A stretch of DNA of 64,000 bases from Callorhinchus milii (Eukaryota): positions 87,112,001 to 87,176,000 of the forward strand of contig NW_024704742.1 in assembly GCF_018977255.1 (NCBI RefSeq). The letters run 5' to 3'. The translations under genes were made by a program, and so were the position numbers. Shown one piece after another: positions 1-12,261 of this stretch. Below the pieces are notes generated by a model. That model was not told the origin of the DNA and ran no database searches. It saw only the letters and a program-made list of their open reading frames with translations. The first letter of the stretch is position 1; each line of letters opens with the position of its first letter.

Positions 1-540
1 CAGGACAAGTCAAAACAACGTGAGGCAGCTATAAACAATGAAAATCTGGGCTATATTGAGTTCAGATCCCCAGATGTCATACTCAAACTCTTGTCAGGCA
101 GTATAGAGCTCTAGTCACCAAGACATAAAGAGGCAGTGCAGAGGAGAACCCAGTGTTAGAAGAATGAGCAATGAGCAACAATTAGACAAACTAGGCCACT
201 TCAACCTTGAAAATAGATGTCTCAGAGGGGACGTTTTAGAGATCTGTACAATTTTAAATGGAATTGAGAAAGTAAATCCAGAAAAATACTTTTGGGCAGC
301 AGAACAAGTGGAAGCATTCAGGGTTGTAAAGGTAGTTTCAAGACAGGCGTCAGGAAGTATTTCTTTACCCAGAGGGTAGTTAACAACTGGGGCGAGTTAT
401 CAAGAATATTAAGGATAGCCCATTGGGCTCATTTAAGAAGCAGCTCAATGCTGTGATGGTAGGATGGTAGGGTGGCTATAGGGTGGTAGGGTGGGTATAC
501 TGGAACGATGAAATCAAATGGACTAAAAAGGCCTGCTTCG
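1..540 (+). mobile_element. Old CR1 LINE ORF2 C-terminus/3' end fragment (duplicate at about 18491-19030)
   Basis: Degenerate L.KLG.F.LE.R.LRGD.LE...ILNGIEKVNPEKYF and FFTQRVVN.W motifs typical of the CR1 ORF2 C-terminus. Confidence 0.75.
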
Positions 541-552
541 CTAGTCCTGGAA

Positions 553-815
553 GTGTACAGCATTGCCAGAGATGCCGTCCTTCAGATGAAATGTTAAACT
601 AAGGTCCCACCTTCCTGTTCAGGTGGACATTAAAGATGCAATGGCACTACTGGAAAAGAGAATGACGTTTCTCCTGGGGCCAACAAATACTCAGATAAAC
701 TTTTTTGCTGTTTTCAAATTGACTGCCACATTCGTCTACTAAATACTTATGAAGCACTTTTTGATGTTCCAGATGCTATATCAAATGCAAGGCTTAGTTT
801 TATTAATCATTATTA
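553..815 (+). mobile_element. Old Deu-domain SINE fragment (SacSINE1/SINE3/AmnSINE1-like; duplicate at about 19043-19305)
   Basis: gatgccgtccttcagatgaaatgttaaactaaggtccc...ttaaagatgcaatggcacta matches the recalled Deu-domain core, followed by a gctatatcaaatgcaagg tail. Confidence 0.7.
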
Positions 816-1672
816 TTTATGGGTGTGTGTAGCCTGGTTCTGGAGAGAATTCAGGCTTTCAAGAATAAAATTGAATTGCTGCTGATAGATCATTACATTT
901 TGGTGAAGTTGAGTGGTTGTTAGTGGTGGTCAAACCAGGCTGAGAGGCCCTGTTCGAGCACCACAAACGAGAGCACAACGGGATGTCACAGTGGAGGCCA
1001 TTAACAACTTTACTAAATGCAATCCGATGCTAGGGAACAGCGATGGAAATACATTCCTTATAGATCAGTTCAGAATGTTTCCTGATGCCTGAGGCTTCAC
1101 AAAGTCAATTAAACACACAAGCGAAAGGAAAGTGTGAAATTAAAAGTTTATGTTTGCCACGACAAAGTGAGGCCTTTTGGAGGTCAATTCAAACGTGTGG
1201 AAGGTTTGAATTTGCAACAAGGTCCAAATTCCAAATTAGGTCCTGTTCCAACTGTACATTTTCACATCTACTTTTCCCAGAATCATGCAGTTACCCGCAG
1301 ACTGAGTGGCTGAAGGATTTTAACTGGCAATCGCTTGGTAACACGTCTATTCTTGGCAACATAAAGACTATTTATTGAAATAGAATTACACAGACTGCTA
1401 CAGCATGAAAACAAGCCATTCGGGACAAGTAGTCTGTGTCTGTCTTTAAACCCACATTCACTACTGCCCACAGGCAACAATGAAAATAATCTTGGGGGCG
1501 GGGGAGAGAGCTGAGTAAAGAGGTGAGCTGTAGGTAGATTTCGGGGATTCAACCCTCTCTAGCATTAGTCACTCGCTGCTTAAGTCCCCTCATGCACGCA
1601 GTTGCAGAATGATTATCAACAGACATTTGTGGGAGGGAGGGAGGGAGGGAGAAAGAACAACAAATTACATTT

Positions 1673-2030
1673 ATAATAATCCTTGCATTTGATCTAACGC
1701 CTTCAAGACATCTCAAAGTGCTTCACAGAATATACTGTAAAGTGAATTGACTGTATATATTGTGGGCGAAATGTGCAGCCAATTGCACACAGCAGTGTCC
1801 CGCAAACAGTCGTGCATTGAGTGACCAATTTATTATTATTTTTTTGAAGGACTTATTACTCCCGGAAAAATGATCGGCCAATTGACTTAACAACCAGGTT
1901 CCTACTTACTGCTAGGTAAATAGAGGCGTGTGGAGTAAAAAAACTTGCCCATCGTTTTGCCCTGCCGGGAATCGAACCCAGGTCTCTCACTTGCAAGGCA
2001 AGTGCTCTAATCAATAAGCTACAGGACTTC
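1673..2030 (-). mobile_element. Young tRNA-derived SINE, long form (duplicate at about 20166-20523)
   Basis: tRNA-like head with A/B boxes, central ttgggcaag...tttacctagcagtaagtaggaacc domain, L2-type tail and (ATT)n end. Confidence 0.85.
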
Positions 2031-4924
2031 ACTTATTTATAAATTACATTCATATAAGCTCCTTTCATGCCAGAAGGGCGTCCCAAAGTGCTGAAAGGCT
2101 GAAAGGAAAGGAAGGAAGAGGTTGCAGGATGCTCTCCTAATCATCCTAGTTATTTTCTGTCCAGCAAAACAATTTATTTTCTTTGATTAAAATCAAATTG
2201 TTTTCTGGTTTAGTGATAAATTGTTTTTTTTCATAATCTATACTTCAAATTCTACCCTGGTCATGGCCTATTCACAATAATTGCTGTAAAACACTCAGGG
2301 ACCTTATAGCAACAAACTGAACTGATCTGAACTGCTGGGATCCTGGGATCTGTCCAACATTCTGTCTAATTGAGATTGAATAATTTGCAGTCAAACTAAG
2401 AATCATTAGGCATAAACCCAGAAGAGTTGGATGACACCATATTTCTGCCAGTAACTCTGACAAATGATAGCGAATGTACATGCATGTTTAATACTGGCGT
2501 GGAAAAGACCAAAAAAATGTTGAAGAGAAACTATTTATTTCAACTTGAGTGTGAGGTTTATTGAATTCCACAGTAGCATGCTTAGAGGAAACAACAAAAC
2601 AACAACAAGCATCGGTTACTCTCGATCTGTGGGCAAATCTGACAACATGTTGGCACCTTCGAGCATGTGTGAAACCAGAGTTGGCAGAGTGCTCACCTCT
2701 TGGCAGTACAGCAATAATAATTATTGAAAATTATAACAATAATAATTCTTGCATTTGATATAGAGCCTTTCACATTGAGAGGAAGTCTCAAAACATTTCC
2801 TGGGATTTTACTGTAAAGTGCAGGGATTTTGTGTGAAGTGCTCATGGATGACTGCATCGTCCATTTCATTTCTAATTCATCTAATTTTGTAAAGCGCTTC
2901 AAGATGTTTCTTAAAATTTTTACAATAATTATCCTTGCATTTGATACAGTGGCTTCAGCAGAAACCCTGTGCTTCTGAAAGAGAAATGTAGAATGTGACT
3001 GGATCTTGTGGGAACAGAGCTGCAGTGCACTAGGAGTGAAGTGGAGTAAAATCAAATCAGTTCACTTTCATCTTGCAAAGGGACCTGATGAAATCTATTC
3101 AAAACCCTCCCCTCACTGCTGCTTATCACCTCGGTAATGCACTTAGACACACTCATCCTACCTGTAAAGCACAAAATCAGTACAACTTGTTTAAATCGAT
3201 CTTAGGTTCAAAGTTTTACAAAAATAAACAGTGACAGAAGTATCACAGAATCATAGAATTTGCAGCACAGAAGGTATCTAATAATAATAATCCTTGCATT
3301 TGATTTATCATGCCATTAAGACATCTCAAAGCACTTCGCAGAATATATTGTAAAGTTTAGTGACTGTGTATTTTGAGGGCGAAACGCTGATGAGTCCATT
3401 GTGTGACTACTTTACAAGCTCCCTACCAGAGCTATACATTGCAATCCCAAATTGGAAACAAAGGCTCAATCTAACAGGGCAAGGCTTCCTCAGCCAATAT
3501 TGTTAACCATGTACAATCTTAATACAGCAACATCTTGTATTTATATAACGGCTTCCTCATGAAAGAAACATTTCGAAGTGTTTTACAAAATGAGATCAAT
3601 CAGAAATGAAGTGAATATTACAGAGCAGGACAAACGTTTCTTCGGGAGTTTTTGTACAGATAAAGTCTAAAAATTATTACTGTAATGTTCAGTGGATTAA
3701 CAATACGCAATGTTGCATTGTTCTGCCTCCGCTTCTCCTGCTCTGTTTTCAAAAGCCATGTTATAACGTGCTTCATTACAATGTTGATTTGTTTATAATG
3801 CATTCATTGCACATGCAGGCAGCCACCTGGTAGTTCTTGTGCTAAAAATGTCACCTCCAACATCCCTTCCTGCTTGCTGGGCATAACACAGTGACATCAG
3901 CAATGACCTGAATTTTATGAATCCAATGACTTCGCCTTCGGCCATCTCCCCTACACACACACACACACTCACACCCTATTTCTGTCTCAACTTGTCCTCC
4001 CGCCCTGTCTTTGTAAAGCGATTTGAGAAGTTCACCCTACATGGAAGATACTATACAAGTGCAAATTATTGCTGTTGTGGTCCTTGTTGCCAGTCCTCAT
4101 GGATTGCTTTCTCCTCAAACACATTGCCCAGAATAATCTTACTCATTATCATGTGAAGAGGCATTACTCTCCCATGGACGTCAATGACATTTGCCCTCAC
4201 ACTGATGCCTTGAGCCCTCACAGTGTCAAACTGTTCTACTTTTCACGACTGTAAACAGATACACGACATCTGCTTTAATTCGATGGCACATGATCTGGGA
4301 GTGGGTCTATGGCTAGCCACATGACTACAATCAGGCTACTGTGTGCTGTAATCTGTTTTGGATACAATCATTTATAGACAACATAAATAGCTTTCATTCC
4401 CTCTGCGTGGCTACCCAGAAAGAGAACTTATAAACACTGGATCTTGTACCGCACACTTACTCTCAGTTACGTGCATAGAAAATTTTCCCCAATTAGCACA
4501 GCTGCAAGTGGGACATTACTGACTTGATCAATGCTTTATATGGACTGGAAATTACGTCCATGTGTGACCTGTAGTTTGTATGAACTTAAAAGTGTGAAGT
4601 ACTTACAGTTAACTGCTGCACTAGTTTACTTCATTGTGTATTTATCCATTTATCCGTGAAGATACGTGTTTGCTCAACCCAGCGGCAAACTTGTCAGATC
4701 CCTTCCCCCATCCTCACCACCAGTTTTAAAGTGATCTGATGATCCCACAATTTGAACCCACTGAAGGACTCTTAAGGCATTTATCTATCTTACTGTCTCT
4801 TAGGGGATTCCAGACAACAACTTTGAAAGGAATAATCAGAAAGGCGCTTACTATTCCTTTATCTGCATTCACAGCACCACTCGGCTTCTGTTAAGGCAGC
4901 GTACTAACGAATAGGGTTGCCCTA

Positions 4925-5668
4925 AGCAGCAGGAAAGCTTGCCAGACAATGCTTCAGTGGTTTTAGCTATGTGGTTTTAGCTCATTAAACTCCAGGAGTA
5001 CTCCAACCCAGACTTATACAAGCCTTGGCTCTTGCCAGCCTTAGCCTAACAGTCTCCAGAATTAGCTTATCAGAGTGTGTCCCTTCAGGGAGGCACTGCG
5101 CATTCCATTCCAACAAAGAGAAATTTCCATGCAGAGGTGGTATCTTTATGTGGATCTCTGTTTGGTTGGACACACATGCGATGGGTTTCCGTGTTGGTCA
5201 CTCATTTGGGGGGCAAACAGAGTCTCCTCAGAGCTGAACTGGCTCCAAAATAACGTACAGCACAGCCAGCCTGGCTCATCGGCAGGACTGGAAGGGCAGA
5301 CAGTCACTGGGGGCAGGGAATCCGACCACTCCGCTCCTCTAATCCTGCAAGCCAAAGCCCTAATAGGTAGGGTCGTCCTAGATGGACAAGCTGCCGGAAA
5401 CTTTCCAGACAGTGCTATTAATGGCAAGCTACGCGGTTTTAGCTTGTTAGACTCCAGCAGTACCCCAACACACACTCTAGGGGTCCCAAGCCTTGGCTAC
5501 TGCGAACCTGCGCCTAATACTTTCCCGAATTAGGTAAGCAGGATGCATTTCTCTAGGGAGAGTGTGCATTCCATTCCAACAATCTATCTCTGCAATTTCC
5601 ATGTGTAGGTGACATACTTTTAAGCATCGTGATAGGTGTCCGTATGTGTCAGACACCAGCTGACCAAA
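4925..5668 (+). repeat. Unclassified hairpin-rich interspersed repeat (family X), two head-to-tail partial copies (duplicate at about 23415-24168)
   Basis: Shared blocks gcaggaaagcttgccagac, ttttagc...actccag.agtac.ccaac, aagccttggct and gcattccattccaaca recur at six or more independent loci in the window. Confidence 0.8.
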
Positions 5669-6779
5669 GAAAAATCCTCAAGCGACCACTCTCTACAGAA
5701 GTATTCGGTCCATGTTCACAAAGATCTTTTTAGGCAGTCTTCAAAGCAGACGGAAGCCTTCACAACTTATAATAACAGCAAGCGGTGTCAGGGAAAAGGG
5801 TGAGGTATATACAAATCTCTCACAGAAATTGGAGTATAACATTAGTTTTCTGATTATCTTGAAAAATTATATAAAAAAACAATCCTTGCATTTGATGTAA
5901 CACTTTTCATGTCAGATGGACACCTCAAAGCACTTCACAGAATACAATACACATTTACATTTGTATGACACCTTTCAAGTCCAGAGGACATCAAAGGACA
6001 TCTGAAGGATGTACTGTAAAGTGTAGTGGCTGTGTGTTTTTCAGACAAACGTGACAGAGAATTTGCGTACTGCAATATCCCACAATAGCCATGTAGTGAA
6101 TGAACAATTTTAACCTGAAGAATCGAATGTATAGGGTACGTGTGGATGAATTACAAAATGAAAGATTAAGCAAATACAGCTTTACTGAAATTTACCGATT
6201 AGCTTTACTGAAATTTACACTGCACGTCTCACGGCACTAGCCACAACTGTGACGCGATGATGAAGCGTATCGACCATAAGTCATATACTCAGTTTTATCA
6301 CCTGCAGGTGAAGCTCTCACTGCTGGTTTCAAACAAGTGTCCCAATAAATACTGGAATCTGTGCAGCCCTTCAGGATGTGCAGTTTATTTATGTCAGCAA
6401 GCCAAATGCCTGAAGTGGTGACCTTGACCAAACCTTAGCCCATTGTATCACAGCAATTCAACACTCACTAGCATAGGCTGACCTAGTGGCAAACCCACAT
6501 CATGTTTCCCTGCTCGCTGTCTGTAGTCAAAACAAAATATCTCTCTTAAATTGGTTTATGCACTAAGGCAAGAATAACTACTTATTCTGTGCAGTGTAAT
6601 TGTCCATGGCACTATTCAAAAAGGATGGGAGTTTCTCCTGATGACCAACATTCCCCTAAATAAAATTGCTCAGTTTCTCACCAGGGAGTTCCTCACAGGA
6701 AGTTATTGGTACCTGCCATCCACCTATTGAGGGCTCCAAAGCCACACTTGTCGGATGTTAATGATTAACTAGTGACTAT

Positions 6780-7262
6780 CCTCCTTGGGAGGAAGTAAGT
6801 AGAGTCTCCTTGGACCTGAACTGGCTCCAAAGAGCCATGTTTGCCAACTGTATGTCAGAATCGAGCCAAGCCTCAGTGTCAGTCTCAATCGTGCAGTTCC
6901 TGAGCCACACAGAAAGGCAGGATCCTAGGGCACTGCTGACGACAGCACAGCCAGCCTGGCTCATCTGCAGGACTTGGAAGGGAGGCCAGTCACTGGGACC
7001 AGGGACTCTTTCCACTTGGGTCCCATTAACCCTGCAAGCCAAAGCCTTGTCGGGACAAGTAGCAGGAAAGCTTGCCAGAAAGTGCTCTCAATGGCAAGTT
7101 TTAGCTGGTTAAACCCCAGCAGTACCCCAACCCACACTCTGGAGTCCCCAAGCTTTGGTTTTTGCCAATCTCTTGCCTAATACTCTCTAGAATGAAGTAA
7201 GCAGAATGCGTACTTCTAGGGAGAGAATGTGCAGTCCATTCCAATAAATATCATGAGAATTT
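6780..7262 (+). repeat. Family X copy (duplicate at about 25290-25770)
   Basis: Collinear with 5200-5600 and 39320-39655. Confidence 0.8.
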
Positions 7263-7361
7263 CCAAGGAATATCACAAGGAATGTGTTATGAAATACGAA
7301 AAATTTCAGCTCCATGTCCTGTCATAAACCATTTAACTGAGTCAAAACTCTCAGGCCCAAC

Positions 7362-7733
7362 AATAATAATAATAATCCTTGCATTTGATATAGCGCTTTT
7401 CACGTCTTCTAGATGACTTAAAGTGCTTCACAGAATATACTATCAAGTGAATTGGCTGTATATTTGTGGGCGAAACGCAGCAGCCAATTGCACACAGCAG
7501 TGTCCCACAAACAGTCGTGGATTAAGTGACCAAATTATTAGTATTTTTTTGAAGGATTATTATCCCCGGAAAAGCAATCCGCCAATTGACCAATAACCAG
7601 GTTCCTACTTACTGCTAGGTAAACAGGGGCGTGTGGAATAAGGAAACTTGCCCAACATTTCACCCTGCCGGGAATAGAACCCAGGTCTCTCGCTTGCAAG
7701 GCGAGTGCTCTACTCACTGAGCTACAGGACTCC
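7362..7733 (-). mobile_element. Young tRNA-derived SINE, full-length long form (duplicate at about 25870-26241)
   Basis: Head ggagtcctgtagctcagtgagtagagcactcgccttgcaagcgagagacctgggttctattcccggcaggg; tail aaagcgctatatcaaatgcaaggattattatt. Confidence 0.9.
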
Positions 7734-8338
7734 ACAGGAAAATAAAGTGCAGAAAAGTGACTAACTTTTGGACATCAGGTTACCATTGATGTTACTTCCT
7801 TCTCGTTTATTGAACAAACAACAAATTTACATTTGTATGTGTCTTTCACTTCAGGAAGATATCCCAAGACTACCCTTATGCTTCATGAATCATAGAAATG
7901 ACAGCAAAGCAAGAGGCCATTCGGTCCACCAAGCCTGAAATGGTGTTAGCTCATCCACTGGAGTTAACTGCTCTAATCTCAACTCCATTCTCTTTCCCTG
8001 CTCCCTTTCACATTCTTCCAGTTCAAATGGTTGTCAAAATTGTTGTTAAATGTCTCTGGCAACGTATTTTGTATTTGGTTATCCTCATGGTGTCTTCTAA
8101 TTTTCCACTTAACTTTCCAAAAACAATATCCAATACCCATGTGTTACATAGATTTACATAGAGAGATACAAATGGAAACAGACCATTCGGCCCAACTAGT
8201 CCCTGCTGGTGGTTATACTCCATACAAATCCACACCCCTATTTCTCTCTCCTTTATCCCTTTACTCCCTTCTCCCTCATGTATGAATCAAGCTTTCACTT
8301 AAATACATTGAAAATTCTCAACATAATGCATGCAGCTA

Positions 8339-8663
8339 TAATAATAATCCTTAATAATAATAATAATCCTTGCATTTGATATAGCGCTTTTCATGTCGGG
8401 AGGACGTCCCAAAGCGCTTCACAACACACTGTAAAGTGAATTGACTGTATATTTGTGGGAGAACGCGGCAGCCAATTGCGCACAGCAATGTCCCACAAAC
8501 AGTCGTAGATTGAAAATGACCAAGTTATTATTGTTTTTGGTTTTGGAGGGATTATTATTAGACGTGTGGAGTAAGGAAACTTGCCCAAGGTTTCGCCCTG
8601 CCTGGAATTGAACTCAGGTCTCTCGCTTGCAAAGCGAGTGCTCTAACCACTGAGCTACAGGAC
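8339..8663 (-). mobile_element. Young tRNA-derived SINE, internally deleted short form (duplicate at about 26848-27174)
   Basis: Nearly identical to 40540-40857 and 47161-47487. Lacks about 60 bp of the central domain. Confidence 0.9.
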
Positions 8664-8884
8664 AATGTTTGCATTATGTTCAGCCCTTAGGATATACAGT
8701 CACTACACTTTACAGTATATTCTGTGAAGCGCTTTGAGACATCTCGAAGACGTAATAAGGTTCTATATCAAATACAAGGATTATTAGTAGTAGTATGCAT
8801 AACTTGCTTTTTTATGTGTGTTACCAAATTACCCAAAATGTTCTGAATTTTGGAGCCCACTATTGGATCTGCCTTTTTTTAATA

Positions 8885-9100
8885 AGCCAGATGTCTGACA
8901 CATGCAGAAACCCATTACCATGCCTAAGAGTATCCAAACCAAATGAGAATTCCATGCCTCCCACCTGTATATGGAAATTCCCATGTGTTGGAATGGAATG
9001 TGCTCACTGTCCCCAGGGATGACGCATCCTGCTTATTTAATTCCTGAGGGAGCGGATTAGCAAGAGCCAAGGCTTGGGTCCCCAGAATAAGTTTTGGAGT
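8885..9100 (-). repeat. Family X fragment (duplicate at about 27395-27612)
   Basis: Reverse complement of the aagccttggctcttgc...gcacattccattccaaca...gtgtcagaca block. Confidence 0.7.
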
Positions 9101-9465
9101 GTTCAGATCCATTCACTCCCTGGTACCTCTCTACCTCTGCGATCTCCTCATTCCCCAATCCAACACCTGGCACCTCCACTCGACTGGCACCAGCCTCCTG
9201 CTCATCCCTCGCACCCTCCGCCCCACCATTGAAGGCCATGCTTTCAGCCACTACGCCCCAAACTCTGGAACACTCTCCCTCAATCCCTTGCATTGTCCCC
9301 TCTCTCCTCTCTTTCACGTTCCACCTGAAAACCTTCTTCTTCGACCGAGCTTACGGCTGCCTCCCACCTCCCCAGCTTGGAGTCAGGCTCCGCCACTGTT
9401 AAGCGCTCTGAGACGTTACCCTGCATGGAGGGCACTATATAAGTGCAAGTTGTTGTTGCTGTTGT
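9100..9465 (+). mobile_element. L2 LINE 3' fragment (duplicate at about 27613-27981)
   Basis: F.SIHSL.P.YL.DLL...AFSHYAP...LKTFFFD translation, 3' stem-loop and (TTG)n tail. Confidence 0.85.
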
Positions 9466-10447
9466 GACATACTGGGGCAGTTCAGCAAGCTAAAACTGAA
9501 TATATATTTCCTCTTAACTGTCTGTTCCAGGGAAACAGACGCAATTTTTCAAAATATGAATAAATCTTCATCTCTGATATCATCCCTGGCAAACAAACCT
9601 ACAGTACCCACTGGACTATGAGAAATGTCTGTGCCTTTTGATTAATAATAATAATACTTGCATTTGATATAGCGCCTTATCACGTTGTTGAGATATCTCA
9701 AAACACTTCACAGAATATACTCTAAAATGAAGTGACTGTATATTTTGTGGGAGAAACAATTTCTTCTTCCCAGATTTCATTGTTTTCCAGTGCTCCTGTA
9801 TGCTGTGTTATGATTCCGTAGAATGTCTGGTTAAATACACAGAAATCCCAGCACATTAGCCTAATAAACTAGGACACCGACAAAAACCACTAACTTTACA
9901 TGACCTTTGAAAGGAACGAGGGATGGAATATTTAGTCCAAATCTCTTTTATCCCAATTCACATCCTTTAATCATTCAGGAATGCACTTTCAGCATATTTC
10001 ATGAGGTAACAATGGAAAATTATACATGTCACTTTGGAACTGGGTGGCAGCTGTTTGAAAGCTGTAGAATACAGTAGTTCTCTCTTGTCAATATTCATCA
10101 GCTGCAAACATTCTGATGTAATGGGATGGAAAGTGTGGGTGTTTAATCACACATTAAATATAAGTAAATAAAAATCCTTGCATTTCATACAGCTCTTTTT
10201 CATGTCAGGAGAACATCTCAGACCCCTTCACAGGATTTGCTGCAAAGTGTAGTGACTGTGTACTTTGTAGTCGAATGCCAACAAAATACAGAATTTCATG
10301 ACACGTGCTTATGCCATGTGTTATAGAATCTGTTCTGCTGCATCACAATCCACCATTTATTCCTAAAGGCTGAAATCTGGCGTGAAGTCCCCGTTATGAA
10401 AACTTACCTTTGCTACCAGCAAAAAAAAAGGTCCTGTAGGTGCTTAT

Positions 10448-10761
10448 AATAATAATAACCCTTGCATTGTATTTGATATAGCTCTTATTTTCACGTCTTT
10501 AGTCTCAAAGAGCTTCACAGAATATACTGTAAAGTAAATTGTATATTTTGTAGGCGAAACGTGGCAGCCAAATATTTGCACACAGCAGTGTCCCACAAAC
10601 AGCCGTGGATTGAGTGACCAAATTATTATTGTTTTTTTTCTTGAGGGATTATTATCATGTGTGTGGAGTAAGGAAACTTGCCCAAGGTTTTGCCCTGCCA
10701 GGAATCAAACCCAGGTCTCTCGCTTGCGAGGCGAGTGTTCTAACTGATGCTGCAGGACTCC
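10448..10761 (-). mobile_element. tRNA-derived SINE, short form (duplicate at about 28964-29279)
   Basis: Same head and tail as the other copies. Confidence 0.85.
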
Positions 10762-10779
10762 TGTTATGTGCCAACAACA

Positions 10780-11800
10780 GCAACAACAACCATCAATTGC
10801 ATTAATATAGTGCCTTTCACATCAGGAAGACTTCCCGAGGTACTGGACAGTGGAAGATTTGGATCTGAGCTGAGAGTTGGTTCTGGAGTGGTAGGGGCCC
10901 AGGGAGAATCAGTGTGATAGGGGAAAGACAACCGAACGCATGGTCAAATAGGAAGGTCTTGAGATGGTTCTTGAAAGAAACAAAGGGTAAAAGCAAGGCA
11001 GAGGGACTCGGGATGGAGTTCTGGAGAGTGGAGAGTGGGGCAAGACCGTGGAGGGATTTAAAAGTGAGGATGAGGAACATAAACTCAATCCTCTGAGAAA
11101 TGGGGAGACAGTGGAGCTGAGCGAGGATGGAGGTTATAGGCTCATAGAGCCTACTGCTGGAAAGGACACTAGCTACAGAATTCTGGATGGTCTGCAGTTT
11201 GTGCAGATAACAGCTGGGAAGCCCGGCAAGCAGAGAAATGCTGTGGTGTATCCTGGATGTGATGAAAGCATGGGTAAGGGTCTCAGCCACCTGAAGTGGG
11301 AGGTAGTGGTGGAGGCAGGCAATGTTGGGGAGGTAGAGGAAAGGTGAACAGGTGTGGGGTTTAAAGAACAATTGAAAATCAAACAAGACAGAGGTTCCGC
11401 GCTGGCTCTGTGAGATGGACGTGCATTCATTTAGATTGATGCTGTCAGCGCCTGAGGTGAGTAAGTACTGATGGGAGGCAAGCAAGAGGTAATAATAAAT
11501 TCATTGGAGAAGGTTAGCTCTCATCCAGGACTTGATGTCTGGCAGACAATCAATCAGAAACAGTAGTGGTCCTGGAATCAAGAATGAAGGCAGAGAGATA
11601 GAGTTGGATGTCATCCGCATACAGTTAACAATTAACTCCATATCTGTGGGACAACATCACTCATGTAGATATGAAAAGCCTTAAGGAATGCCAGAAATGA
11701 TGGTGCGAGGGCTGGAGGACAAGCCGTTGACAGATATAAAGTGGAGTTGTTTGGATAGGTAAGAATGAAACCAGGAAAGGACATAACCTGTGAAGTTGGA
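10780..11800 (-). mobile_element. Degenerate L2 LINE RT-to-3' fragment (duplicate at about 29298-30320)
   Basis: YADDIQL.L remnant near 11610; AETLTHAFITSRI...LQTIQNS.A...LH.LPI.QRIEF...TFKSLHGLAP...LKTFLF; (TTG)n tail. Confidence 0.85.
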
Positions 11801-11956
11801 GCTGAGAGGAAAGGCTAACAGTTGGAATTGGGCACAAGGAAGCCAGCTTGCTTGGATTGGGTAACCAGAGTGAGAGTGTCCTTAAAACAAGTCACAACGT
11901 CACACATGCCATAATAGTATTTGTGCGTTATTTTGCAGGCTCATATCAATCCCAAT

Positions 11957-12261
11957 GAGTCCAGTAGCTCAGTGTTTAGAGCACTCGCCTGGCAAGCGAG
12001 AGACCTGGCTTTGATTCCCAGCAGGGCGAAACCTTGGGCAAGTTTCCTTACTCCACACGCCCGATAATAATCCTCAAGAAAATAAATGTCACTTCAATCC
12101 ACAACTGTTTGTGGGACACTGCTGTACGCAATTGGCTGCTGTGGTTTCACCCACAAATATACAGTCAATTCACTTTACAGTATATTCTGTGAAGCGCTTT
12201 GAGACGTCTCGAAGACGTGAAAAGCGCTATATCAAATGCAAAGATTATTATTATTATTATT
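11957..12261 (+). mobile_element. tRNA-derived SINE, short form (duplicate at about 30477-30782)
   Basis: Head gagtccagtagctcagtgtttagagcactcgcc; tail gagacgtctcgaagacgtgaaaagcgctatatcaaatgc and (ATT)n. Confidence 0.88.

Noticed and set aside
1231..1240. Isolated CArG boxes (1231, 33956), MEF2 site (35678) and CRE (41721)
   Set aside because: A few such motifs are expected by chance in 64 kb of AT-rich DNA, and I see no supporting clustering.
3381..3410. gaaacgctgatgagtcc, hammerhead-like words
   Set aside because: No GAAA after a stem II; it is a junction between a SINE tail fragment and unrelated sequence.
6178..6220. Short tandem duplications (agctttactgaaatttac x2; also 4957, 38585, 50643)
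   Set aside because: Ordinary slippage or repair duplications of 13-18 bp; not array- or CRISPR-like.
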